The translations under genes were made by a program, and so were the position numbers. A DNA stretch of 64,000 bases, taken from positions 1,922,001 to 1,986,000 of the forward strand of contig OZ176059.1 of NCBI GenBank assembly GCA_964247055.1. The letters run 5' to 3'. Every line of letters starts with the position of its first letter. Position 1 is the stretch's first letter. Below, piece by piece: positions 27,238-39,107 of the stretch. The notes below the pieces were generated by a model. It made no database searches and had not been told where the DNA came from. It saw nothing but the letters and a program-made list of their open reading frames with translations. This DNA is from Paragordius varius. Its lineage: Eukaryota; Animalia; Nematomorpha.

Positions 27238-30200
27238 CTTACACATTAAAACATCGAATGATAGGGGTGTAATGTAACGCAATGTATCTATCACAGGAGC
27301 TATCAAATTCTCATAATATTGAATTTGGTATAAAACCTTGAAATAAAAGCAAATTTATTAATAATTGAAAAATATTATTAATCCATTTAAAAATTATTAA
27401 ATTCTCTCCTTTTATATGCAAAAAAGGTAAAAACTACATCGATAATAATAAACAATTGTGATTAAATATTTTCATCAAAATTTTGATAATAATATACAAG
27501 AATAAATTTTGTTTTAAAAATAGTTAAAAATATATTTTTATTATATACGATTTCCACTTCAGATTCACCCAAAAAAATTATGTTTTTAAGTTTAAAATTA
27601 CTTTTAAAATGTTAAAACTAATGATGAGTTATATTAGTACTTAAAAAACAGATAATTTATTTTTAGAAAGAGTGAATTTTAATTGTTCAAAAGTATTTTA
27701 CAAAAAATATAATAAAATATAAATGAATATTCTTTAATATTGAAATCACACTTTATACTAATTTTTATCACTAAAAACAAATAATTTTTAAATAAATACC
27801 ACCGCAAAAAAGGTTTTTATATTTTATTAATAATATATATATATATATATATTTACATGTTGAAACATGACACCAGGATTCGAATGACTTAATTTGCCTA
27901 TTTGGCGGCCCATATGTTTAACATTGTCCTTTGATAGGCGTCTAAAACATTGACATAAAAATTACGTCTAAAATATGATATTTATAGACGAAAATGTATT
28001 ATAATAAAATTTCTTTAGGTAAATTTTAATTTATACTTTGAATTCAGAGAGTTTATAAAATTTTAAACTTATTAAAATTAAATTTCATTTTTTTGTATAT
28101 AAACTTCCAGTTTATAGGCGAAGATGTATTATAATAACATTTCCTTATCTGCCTCTAAATTATTCACTTTATAATTTATTATAGAGAGAGCAAATTTTTA
28201 TATACATACATTTTTAAACCTAAATAAAACTAAATCTCAATTCTTTGATTTATGTTTTTAAATGTGATTTTTTTTGGAAAAAAAAATATATATAAAGTTT
28301 TTTAAAGGCTAAACTTTTATTATATATATAAAAGCAAAAAATCTCCTAATTTTCCACAAAATTTAAATTTTTTTCACAATTTGTAGTCTTAAAATATTAA
28401 TTCCACACACGAACACGCATACCTCATAATATATTTGGATTTAACGCGCGTTATAATTTTCGAGGTTATAACGGGGGCCCAATGTATAACGTAAGCATCA
28501 TTTTCAAGATTAACTGCTGATAATTTATCTTCTCTCATCCAATCACTGTATAACTTGTATCTATAACGCCCCAAAAAAAAATTTTTTATAATTTTGTTTG
28601 TAATTAATAAGACAGCCAAAAAATTTAAACATATATGATTAGTCAAACAAACATATTTAATTATACCATTTACAGCTCAAATTTACCCTTGAACAAATAA
28701 ACTTCACCCTCGAACAACTCAAATTCACCCATGTGTTTTCTAAACAATAAAACTCATTGTTAATATGAATTATATGGTTATGGTATAGTTTATTAATTTT
28801 TCAGTATTATTTTAATTTAAAACTAAATTATTCTTTTTTGAAAATATATAAAATTTTAATCCTAAAAAACATATATTTTATTTGAGGGTGAATTTAAATT
28901 GTTCAAGTGTGATTTTAAATTGTTCAAGGGTGAATTTGAATTGTTTAAAAAAATGATAGTTTGTATTAAAATTCTATCTCATATTAACTAAGGTTTAAAA
29001 GTATATTATTATGGTTACTTTCTAACCACAATTTTAATTTAGTAGCTTTATATAAAATACCACATTTTGTTTCAACCATTGTTGTTAAAATATTTAAGTA
29101 ATGTAATGCATATCAACAAAACAAAATGACTAACTTTAATTCATTAAAATATTATTTTTCAAATAAATAATAATATCAAATATAAATCCATTTAAACAAA
29201 ACCAAATCATCAACCATAAAATCAAAAAATTTTTAATGTGTCCCTTAATTTAAATATTAAAATAAAACCTAAAAACTGATTTACAACTTTATATACCATT
29301 TACAATTCAAATTCACCCCCCTTGAACAATTTAAATTTACCCTGAAAATAAATTATGTGCTTTCGGGCTAATATAACTCATTATTAATATATAAATATAT
29401 TCTTATGGCATAGTTTAGTATTTTTTCAGGTAATTTTTAATTTAAAAGAACACATAATTTATTTTAGGGTGAATAATTTTTATTCAAGGGTGAATTTGTT
29501 TTATTCAAGGGTGAATTTTTGTTCAAGGGTGAATTTGAATTGTTCAAGAGTGAATTTCAATTGTTCAAGGGTGAATTTGAATTGTTCAAGGGTGAATTTA
29601 AATTGTTCAAGGGTAAATTTGAATTTTTGTTCAAGGGTGAATTTAAAATTATCTCAAACCTATGTTGGTAATGTAGGTGTTTTATGGCACGACCAATCGA
29701 TTCTGATAGGACGCAATCGCATGAGCTTTGTGAGAGGGCGGGTAAAAGGCAATGCTGAAAAATGCGTACAATATTACCGTACAACGTATCTTTTTCAGCC
29801 AGTTTTATCTAAAAACACATATTATGTAAAAAATTATATCATAAAACCAAAAAAGGATAAATATTTTTACATGTGTTGTTAAGTTAAAGAGAGTTATGCT
29901 TCTTTATATGTTTTATATAATTCTAAATTCCACATTTGATAAAATGTATGGATAAGTGTGTGTATTACCAGTTTATACATCGCTATTCCTAGTCAACAAT
30001 AAGTTATACTAAAAAAATGGGTTTTATTAGCATTACCATTACATTCCTTTTATTTAAACACACTGTTTATTCAAAATCAACACTTTATTAAATACAAACA
30101 ACTTTTTTAATCAATACAAAACACCATTTTTAATCAACTTTACATTTTTTGTTTCATTTAAAAATTTCACATTCTTATTTGTAGAAAAATCATTTATTCA

Positions 30201-33200
30201 TACAAACCAATTTCCATTTACAAACCAAATATTTTTTGCCCTCTATGCAAAAAAATGCTTTTGCATAAAAAAAAATGACAAAGTTAGTTTTTGCAAACTA
30301 TTACTTGTGTCCATTTAGCAGCGTTAGCGGGTGAAACCAGGGCATGTTCAACCACCCGAACTAATTGATGGACTAACATGGCATTCATCCCATTCTCATA
30401 AATGTGTGGACCGAGAAAGAATAGGAGAGAGCTATAACGGGCCAAGAAAGTGTTTAAATCTGTAACCGGTTTAATTGGCGGTCCAGGCCATACAATGGTG
30501 GTTGAATGCGGGTAAGCTAAACATATATTACAAGTAAGGAATCACGCATTTATAAAAATCAAGTTAAAGTAAAAATGGCAAAAACGCGTATAAATGATTT
30601 TGTAAAAAATAAATAGTAGTTAATTTAGTTTTTTAATAAATATCTAATTTTCGCGGTTATATTTGTATAAGCTCCTTCTTTGGGATTAAAAAAAGATATT
30701 AAAACGAAATCAAAAAAGGATATAAATTGACATAGGTAAATGAAAAAAGAGCATGAGAGTAATAAAATGATGTAACATAATAAATACGTTTATTTTGCTC
30801 TTTAATTCTTTTTGATAGACGCAAAAGTTTGTTAATTCTATTTATAAGACAATCTATTTCATAATTTTTTTAAAGGTATGATATAGGGTTTTTTAAATAA
30901 TTAGTTTTTTAATCGCTTCACTTAAAACAAACATTATTCTGGTGCCATTTTTGTGTTTCATATGAAAATTACTAAATTCCCCTTATTTTTATTTATAAAA
31001 GACTTGACAACCACGAAAAAAAACTAATAATATTCAATTAATTGGGTAACTCTTTTACCTATAATTTTTGAAAATGCCAAACTTGGAATCAAACACAATT
31101 ATTTTTTTACGTCAATGTTGCAACTACAGAAACTATGATAAAACTTTATCTTGTTAATAAATTAAAGTTATAGAAACTAAATAATTACTTAGGGTAATTA
31201 ATAATGGTTTTAACAAAAATAAACTTAATCCGTAATCGGATGAAAGAGCAAAAAACGGAAGAATATCTAAAAATATTAGGGTTATCTATCTCAAAAAGCC
31301 CACAACAGAACCGAAGGGGACGAATCCAATAAAATAATCGACTACCAACAACAATTTCTAAACTATAAATTGTATAAATTTTAGTATATTTGATACAGTA
31401 AAAATTAAAAATATATTAAAAAAAAAAACCTTTATTATACATAACAGGATTGTTACAACATTTATGTTGATACAAAGGCGTCAAATAACCAACACGCAGC
31501 AGCGTACGTAAATGTGAACACGTAAACGGATCACTCAATATATACAGGTATTCCCATTGACCACGTGATACAATCACGTGCCAAATCTCGTGCCAGGCAC
31601 CCAGCTGTGCCAGGGCACGGACCAATCCCAGCTTGTGATTCGAACACGTGGCTTCCTCATCATAATCAACATTGAGATCAGTGTTATCAGCAGCGGTGGA
31701 AGAAGGTGATTGATTGGCGTCACGCGATGCCTGTTTATTGGATGATGCATCACCTGTTTTGGCAGCTGATCTGTGAGATGATTCTTCGTTTGTTTTTGAT
31801 GAATGATAATCACCTCCTAAGAAAAAGGAATAGTACGAAAGGATAAAAATATTAACCAAAATTATTGTAAGTCACGAAAATCTAAAATGATATCATAAAA
31901 CAAAAAAAAGTATAAATTAAATATTATTATAAGTATGCGTTTTTAAGGTGAAAAAGAACCTAGATATAAATTATACCGCAAAGTATATAAATTTGAATTT
32001 TAAATGATCAAAGGTAAATAATATATATCAAAAATTAAGGCATTATACAATAATAAATTAAATATGAGGGAATTACACATGCAACAACTATAAAAAATAT
32101 ATTTTGTTTAACATAATTTACATTTTAATTAAGGTAAAAATGATAATTATATATTCCCACTTGTAGAAGATTTATCTCCTCGGCCATGATCATGTGATGA
32201 TGATGAAGATGGGACATTCATCAAAACACCTGTGGATGAAACAGATGCTTCAAGCGCTCTAAATCTTTCCTCTAGGGATAGGGTGGTTGAATCCCCACCC
32301 ATGTTTTGAGAGGTTGTTGGTGGGGCTAACCTATAATCATGTATGAATATTACTGAGAATTATATTAGATTAATTACAAAGGATATCATACATTCATCCC
32401 TTCCTTATTTTAGCACCTTTAAATGGACTAAATTTAACCCCAAAACACCTAATATACCCTAAGCTACGCTAATTTGATGGAAACTAAAAAAGACTAAAAT
32501 GCTATTTGCACTTCAAGAGTGTCCTTGAACACTTCAAGTTGGTCCTTGAACATTTCAAGTTGGTCCTTAAACAATTCAAGTTGGTCCTTAAACAGTTCAA
32601 GTTTGTCCTTGAACATTTCAAGTTGGTCCTTGAACAGTTCAAGTTTGTCCTTGAACATTTCAAGTTGGTCCTTGAACAGTTCAAGTTTGTCCTTGAACAA
32701 TTCAGGTTGGTCCTTGAACAATTCAAGTTGGTCCTTATACACTTCAAGTTGGTCCTTTAACTTTTTTGCTTTGTTTTTAATTTTTATCAATCAAATCGTA
32801 AAAAATTCACCTATTTTATTGTTTTTAACCTATGTTTTATTATTTACATAAATTTTAAATCGATATGAACTTTTAATCTTTAAAATGTTCAAGGACCAAC
32901 TTGAAGTGAAGTGCAAATGGTATAGCATTTGCAAAAAAATACAAAATCATAAAATGAATTAATATATGCATATTTTTTGTAATGTTAGATGCATGTACCA
33001 TTTGTACTTCGAGAAAGTCCTTGAACACTTCAAGTTGATCCTTAAAATTTTAAAATTATTTAACCACAAATTTTTTATGTAGTTTTTTATTTTATTCTTT
33101 TTTAATCTAATTTTATTTATCACATATTTAATTTAAAAATATAAAATTTTAAAAAATCACTTTTTTGTTACAAACTAATTTTTTCCAATTTAACAAAATT

Positions 33201-36200
33201 ATTAACTTTTAAATGTTTTCAATAAAATTGTTAATAGCCCAGAAAACTTAATTTTTTAATTACGTATTAAATTCTTTAATATATCCATCATAATTTAGGA
33301 ATTTAAAAAATATATTTCTCAATCATGTTGATATTGATTAAAAATTTATGTTAAATAAGAAAAATAGGTTTAAAACGATATATAGATGAATAATACACGA
33401 TTTGATTAAAAGTCAAATAAAATCAAAAAAATGTAAGGACCAATTTGTAATGATCAAGCACCAACTTGTGTTTAAGGACCAACTAGTGTTCAAGGACACT
33501 CTTAAATTGCAAATGGTATATTTAAAGTTTGAATCACTGTTAAAAAGGGTTAATAAAAGTAAAAAAACAAACATATCCTTCATAAACATAAAGTTTGACT
33601 GTTAAAACTTTTAATCAAAAACATTACCAAAGTTATTTTTTTATTTAAAAGCGATGTATTTAATTTAAAGGCGATTTTTTTTTCTTTAGGGTTCAACGTT
33701 TCCAAAAAAATTTCAAAACAATTTATAAAAAAAAATCTTTAAATGAAAAATAAATATATTCTTATTTTTTATGATACAAGCTATGCCAAATAATATGTTA
33801 TAAATTTAACCTGTAAGCAGACGATGGGGATAGGAATGTGGCATCACGTGATGTATCACGTGCTTCCTCCAAGTCACGTATCCGGGCCGGGGTCAATCGC
33901 CGACAAAATGATTTTATGTCAGCTGCGCGAATGCGTGCCTGATTTCGTAATGTCTCTTCGTCCGGACATAACTGTTGTTTCGTATATTGTGTATTTAAAA
34001 AAAATATGAATTTTTATTTTTAAAAGTTATTCATTAATGGCTATATTGGCTGAAATATAAAAGTTTTTTTTGCAAAAATTTCATAACAAAGGGATAGAAA
34101 ATAAATAGTTTATATAAGAATAATTTTTATACAAGTTTGAATTTATATATATTTATGTATATATATACATATATACATATTTGTTGAGCGACATAAAAAT
34201 ATCATTTATTTTTTAAATCTACAATCCTTAAATGATTCAGTCCCTTTATATAGCCCAAAAAATTACCTTTATGTTTATGTTGGCAGTTTTATGTTAAAAA
34301 CAAATCTAAAGCAAAAACCAATAAAGTACATATAAAAAACTTTTTCAAATAAATAATAATTTAAATAAAAGATTTAAAAATTTGTGTAATAAAAATACAT
34401 AATTGACCACATCATTTAAAAGTTTTATAAAAAAAGTTGGAAAAAATTGTAAAGTATTATATATAAGGTATAATTGAAAAATACTTACAAATTGATAAAT
34501 GTTTTGCAGATTAATAATTCCGTTGATTATCAAATGAGCTACCATTAAAAACAAATTGCGTGGTGCTGGTACATTTTTATTCTATAGCAACCAAAAATAT
34601 AGAATTAACATTGTAATAATAAAGATATATAAACTCAAATATGGCCATGATATGAAAATAATAATACAACTTGAAATACTACATTTTGCAACCCTAAGTT
34701 AATTTATAATAAAATTTAATAATATTTTAAAATATGAAGGATTTAACCTAATAAGCCCCATTAATTTAACTTATTTGTGAGCTTAAATTGTAATTAAAAT
34801 TTCACCTATCTATCGAAACGTATTAAACATAAAAAATTAACCATTAAACTCTTTAACAAGTTCAGCATTCCAAATATTTTCCTTTTTTCTTCTCACAAGT
34901 ATTTAAGATAAATTACAGTCATGTATCCTTTATTTTATCAAAAATTTATATTCTTTCGTTAAATGGGTATAAGTATTTGTTAAAGAATGGAGAATACAAG
35001 AGTTTATAGTATTAACAATATATCATTCATCAAAAAAAGTAAAAGAATTACAATATAGGCTCTTTTTACCATTCTTTACCAAATATTTTTACCCGCCGCC
35101 CCCATTTAACGAAAAAAAAACATAAATTTGTGATAAAATAATAAAGGATACATGACTGAATTGTTTAAATACAAGCATGCCTAATAAAAAAAATGATATA
35201 TCACTAAATATATAAATACGTACATGAAGGCAATTAAAACGGAATATAAGTAATTGCAATAGGACAGTTTCATCATTCCAATATGATTTGATGAGATTAC
35301 AAAAGAGTGGGACAATTTTAGCATCAGTAACTCGTAAGGCAAAAATTTCAAGTATGACATCTAAAACGCGACACGGATCCAAATTGAAGTAGCCTATGGT
35401 ATAAATTAATCGTATATAAATCGAAATAAACCAAACTTTTAGCATTTAATTTTGGTTTTTTTATAGTAGGTGAGCTTTAAGAATCAAAAAATATACCATT
35501 TACAATTCATATTCCCCCTTGAACAATTTAAATTCACCCTTTAAAAATTCAAATTCACCCTTAAAAATTCAAATTCACCCTAAAAAATTATGTGTTTTTG
35601 GGCTAATATAACTCATTCATATGTATATCTTTATGGCATAGTTTTGAGTTTTTAGTATTATGTTAATTTAAAACAATATTTCATTTTAAAAAATATAAAA
35701 AAATATAGGTAATTTTGAATCTTAAAAAACACATAAATTATTTAAGGGTAAATTTGAATTGTTCAATGTCAATTTGAATTGTTCAAGGGTGAATTTGAAT
35801 TTTTCAAGGGTCAATTTAAGTGTTCAAGGGTGAATCTGTAAATGGTATATTTGGGGGTCATGGTGCAAAAATTGATTTAAACAGTCAGCATTGTTTTAGA
35901 TTAGAAATTATGATTAAAAATGGCTAAAATTTTGCATTACAATAGATGGTGGTAAAATATACATTATCAATATACTCAAGTTCTGCTCTAATTAAATATA
36001 AGATAGTAAAGCGACTAAAATATAAATATATGTTTTGAAATAAAATCTGAAAAAGCACATCAAATATTTATGATATTTTACTTTTTGGTTATAGAATTTG
36101 ATTGGAGTTATCCAATTAAACCATGCATAATATTATTATTTAACGTTAAAAGACGCACAAAAATGCCATTTAAAGCTTACCTTTACAATTGAAATTTAAG

Positions 36201-36395
36201 ATTAAATTTAAAAAAATTATATAATAAAAAAATATATATGAATAAAAAAATATATAAATTTTTAAAACACAGCATTTTGTGGATAATTTTTTGGGCAAAA
36301 GCATAGCTTTCAAAATATTTAAAAAAATTTCGAACAAAAAAAATATCCATCATATCAAGATAATATTGAAAGTATTTTAATAATAATAAAAATCA

Positions 36396-36458
<63 letters not shown>

Positions 36459-37757
36459 GTTTTAAAGCAAAAATAATTCTTCAATATCATTAAATTCTTA
36501 CACTAAAAAACCAAGAAAAACAAGAATTAAAATATATTTTCTTAAAAAATATTCAAAACAATATAAAAACTTAAAAAGTTCTCCGGATAACACTAAAAAA
36601 ACGTTTCCCTCATTGGTCAAAAATAATGTAGCAAACAATAAAATTTTATATATCAATGGAAAATACCTATTAACTGGCTTATAGTATCTTTCAATCGTAC
36701 ATGTCCTCCCATAATAACAGTTGTTGATTTATTGAGTTGATGTTGCGGTTCATAATGATAAGTTTGAAGTAATTGAACAATGAGTTTAGCAAAACCTTCG
36801 CTTTCCTCACGAAGCAAATTAAATTTTTGTTGTTTATAACTAATATAAAGTCAAAAGATATAAAATAAAGAATTTTTTTAAAGGGAAACCATATTTTGAT
36901 CATTGAATTTTCTAAAAGAAAACATATTTATACAATTTACTATTATAATATATATTGAGTGTTACCAATTTAAATCTTTATTCCTTATTTCACAACCCAA
37001 AACAATAGGTTATATAATAAAATCAAAGAATTAAAATGGATTTATAAAAGAAATAGTCTTTTATTTTTTTAATTTAGTCTTTATTTGTATTAAAGAATCG
37101 CAAATAAAATTAGTCGTCCAAAGGTTCAGAATAATAATTGTTATTATTTGGAAAAACAAATGGTTGTTAGAGTCTCATATATAATTAACAAACCAATATA
37201 TGTCGAAAATACAAAAACTTTCAAAAATGCAATTAACATAAACGTGTTTACTTTTAATATTTTTCACATATAATCTTTAAAACTTTAGTATAAAATTCAA
37301 TCAGGCAAAATAAAATCTAAAATTTACAATAATTTGGTCTTTAGCCGAACCATTTTTTGCATGTAAGCCTTAGAGGATGGAATTATTTCAAGACTCTCAA
37401 GAGACTCCAAATCAACATGACTAAATAGGGTTTGAATCAAATTTCTTTCATCTCTCATTTTTTCATCGTAACAAGCAATGAGATCACTAAATTTTCTGTA
37501 CTTTTCCTTATTATTTTCCGATGTTTGTAGATATATATCTAAAAATATTCAAAACAAAGCTCTACCGATAAGACATGCTGCATCCAAAATTGATTCCATA
37601 TCAATAGATTTCTATTATGTAATAAAATCAATCAAACCATTTTCTCCATTATAATGTTCTTTTGTTCATCATTCTTCCCTTCTTGATTTAAGTAATCAAA
37701 GAATAATTCATATATTGACGCCGTTTCATGAGGCGTACTCTCGCCAGGTTCAACCAT
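9072..37757 (-). CDS. THOC2: THO complex subunit 2 (Tho2/THOC2), 39 coding exons, ~2,490 aa predicted
   Basis: Conserved blocks are colinear with THOC2: [139 protein letters not shown]. Exons: 37757-37638, 37611-37566, 37538-37328, 36839-36667, 35393-35224, 34581-34489, 33971-33811, 32330-32161, 31816-31430, 30516-30305, 29808-29660, 28560-28423, 27941-27857, 27336-27243, 26363-26176, 25629-25450, 24785-24645, 23634-23338, 22906-22724, 22162-21998, 21378-21284, 20905-20659, 20221-20074, 19053-18896, 18421-18293, 17843-17520, 17096-16981, 16870-16804, 16598-16070, 15660-15276, 14941-14877, 14750-14646, 14484-14354, 13401-13272, 12637-12501, 12050-11972, 11480-11303, 10861-10298, 9606-9072. All are GT-AG with compatible phases and sum to 7485 nt (a multiple of 3). 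The start codon and the low-complexity C-terminal exons are less certain. Confidence 0.93.
11779..11805. repeat. (TA)n microsatellite
   Basis: Direct reading. Confidence 0.95.
13457..13705. mobile_element. MITE family B copy (degenerate right end)
   Basis: tataccatttac...aaattcaccc start followed by a family B interior. Confidence 0.7.
14275..14312. repeat. (AT)n microsatellite
   Basis: Direct reading. Confidence 0.95.
14990..15185. repeat. ~100-bp tandem duplication in a THOC2 intron
   Basis: aaaatttaccatatatat...attaaccatat.cttttaaaaac..caaa.atccctggatt.aa.cattcaa occurs twice. Confidence 0.8.
21630..21890. mobile_element. MITE family B copy (complete)
   Basis: tataccatttacagttcaaattcatcc ... 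gggtaaatttaaattgtaaatggta. Confidence 0.85.
23755..24006. repeat. ~48-bp inverted repeat pair enclosing a hammerhead-like core (possible Penelope-like element relic)
   Basis: aaaaatatggaaatttatttaaaaacgtgtcatatagaataaata / tatttattctatgacacgtttttaaataaatttccatatttt, with CTGAGGA-c-GGATA...TATCC-GAAA at 23915-23946. Confidence 0.6.
24190..24399. mobile_element. MITE family B copy (degenerate)
   Basis: Family B interior, ending tcaagggtgaacttaaattg...aattgtaaatggtatat. Confidence 0.7.
25141..25319. mobile_element. MITE family D (Tc1/mariner-like, TA-flanked, TIR CAGTAAAA.TTGAAATTATACGGACAAAACGT)
   Basis: ta|cagtaaaagttgaaattata..ggacaaaacgt ... acgttttgtccgtataatttcaatttgtactg|ta. Confidence 0.85.
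26871..27103. mobile_element. MITE family D copy
   Basis: The same ~35-bp TIRs. Confidence 0.8.
27189..27233. repeat. (TA)n microsatellite next to a THOC2 splice donor
   Basis: Direct reading. The donor is at 27242. Confidence 0.95.
28662..28945. mobile_element. MITE family B copy
   Basis: tataccatttacagctcaaatttaccc start and 21-bp repeats at both ends. Confidence 0.8.
29291..29650. mobile_element. MITE family B copy with expanded right-hand 21-bp array
   Basis: About 8 units of ttcaagggtgaatttgaattg at 29468-29650, ending ~9 nt from a THOC2 donor. Confidence 0.85.
32499..32924. mobile_element. MITE family C copy with 11 tandem 21-bp units (gtccttgaacawttcaagttg)
   Basis: Array at 32521-32757. 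The right end ggaccaacttgaagtgaagtgcaaatggtata is the inverse of the left end and shares its terminal motif with family B. Confidence 0.85.
32994..33520. mobile_element. MITE family C copy
   Basis: tgtaccatttgtacttcgagaaagtccttgaacac ... gtgttcaaggacactcttaaattgcaaatggtata. Confidence 0.75.
34957..35111. mobile_element. MITE-like family E (TIR CGTTAAATGGG)
   Basis: cgttaaatgggt ... cccatttaacg. A second copy with a similar interior lies at 51805-51934. Confidence 0.7.
35491..35850. mobile_element. MITE family B copy (complete)
   Basis: atataccatttacaattc ... ctgtaaatggtatat, with 21-bp repeats at both ends. Confidence 0.85.
36399..36454. repeat. (TA)n microsatellite
   Basis: Direct reading. 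Confidence 0.95.
37539..37565 (-). other. 27-nt GT-AG intron in THOC2 containing an in-frame TGA
   Basis: gtagagctttgttttgaatatttttag. Splicing gives ...AACLI-D-IYLQ..., matching THOC2 ...VFCILDIET... Confidence 0.8.
37612..37637 (-). other. 26-nt GT-AG intron in THOC2
   Basis: gtttgattgattttattacataatag. Its removal is required to keep the frame and avoid a TGA between two THOC2-like blocks. Confidence 0.8.
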
Positions 37758-38397
37758 GTCAAAATAAATCAAAAAAGGTGTTTTATTTAAAATTTTTTTG
37801 GGTTGCTGATTGTAAAATATCAAAGTAAATAAAGCTAAGTAAATTTTAGGTGTAAATATATATATAAATAATTTTAAAGTTGATTATTTAGGTATATATG
37901 AATATTTTATTAGTGTTTTCACCGCTGTTCGATATAAAAAAAACCATTATGAAATAAAATTTGGCTACACAAAGATATAATAAATATATTGATAATATAT
38001 TATTATAAAAATATAAGTGTTTTCCTAAGATCTTCTATCACGAGTCATTTAAAAGGGAATTTTATTTTTGTTTTAAAAGTTCCTGAGTACATTGTATCTA
38101 ATAATTCGGTAAAACCTTTAATCCTCAAACTAAAAATTTCTAAAATTTTAATATTAGTTTAGAAAGCTACATTATATCACGCTAAAATGGATTTATTTGC
38201 TTCATGCCGAAATTGTGGTAAACCAATAAAGCTAGTTAATCAAAGTGTCGTTTTAAAATGAATAAATTGGTTAATATTTTTAGAAAATCTGTTAAAGCCC
38301 ATACTATTATGAACAATGCAAACAGATAACAAGAAATAAAACTTTACTATAAAATTGTATCATACCAAATTATCTTAAAAAATTTGTTAGCATTATA

Positions 38398-38947
38398 TTA
38401 ACACGTCATGGTCTCGTTCCGTACTCAATAAAAAGCTATTTAAAATTAATATTGGGTATATAAATACCCCAGAAAATATTTAAGTTAAAATTTTAACTAC
38501 TGAAAAAAACGGTCCCAAATTAAATTTATGCTTCTATCCTAATAAAAATTATATAAATAAGCCGAAATCGCTAAAATAAATTTATTTAAAAAAAGTTCCA
38601 TATCAAACTACTTCGACGCCAATTTTATTTAACAACATTTTGGAAACTATTGTGTTTATTTGGTTTTAAAGAAATCAAAGCTAGTTTTTTATTTAATCAC
38701 ATCTAACATGGATAGAAACAGAAAAAGTGGTTTATTTTGTAGATTTTACCTTAATACAAGTAATAAAAAATTTTTAATGTATTTTTTACATATTTCGACT
38801 CATCAATGTTATAAATGTGCATTTTGCCATGGTTTAAATTCATTCCATTTTTTTATTATATTATTTAATATTAAATAGGCCTGGGATCTCTAAAAACCCC
38901 AATTTGAATCGAAGGACTGAGGTGAATTTTTTGTATCCAAGTGTTGA
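38398..38947 (+). mobile_element. MITE-like family A copy (TTAA-CACTT termini; piggyBac-like inferred)
   Basis: ~560-bp unit with internal landmarks aaacggtccca, caaactacttcgacgcc and aggcctggg, ending ccaagtgttga. Confidence 0.7.
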
Positions 38948-39107
38948 TTATCTAACATTCTCTTGTATAAGGTCAAAAAATATTATATTTATTTCAGTTT
39001 TGTGACTTCCTGAGTCTAAAATAAAAAATTTTCACGCGATTAAAACGAATAGCTTTTTAAAAAAAAATATACCATTTTTTGCTTGTAAAGTATATCCTGA
39101 AAGCATT

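Noticed and set aside
29469-29882. ORFs with (CSRVNLN)n or (NNSNSPL)n repeats here and at 63071-63684
   Set aside because: These are translations of family B 21-bp arrays, not genes.
32521-32757. Regular 21-bp repeat array, superficially CRISPR-like
   Set aside because: The units are contiguous with no unique spacers, there are no cas genes, the context is a eukaryotic intron, and the array is part of a TIR element.
37539-37565. TGA read-through or selenocysteine, or an alternative genetic code, as an explanation of the in-frame TGA
   Set aside because: The TGA sits inside a clean GT...polypyrimidine-AG segment whose removal restores homology, and TGA acts as a normal stop elsewhere (the RTE ORF).
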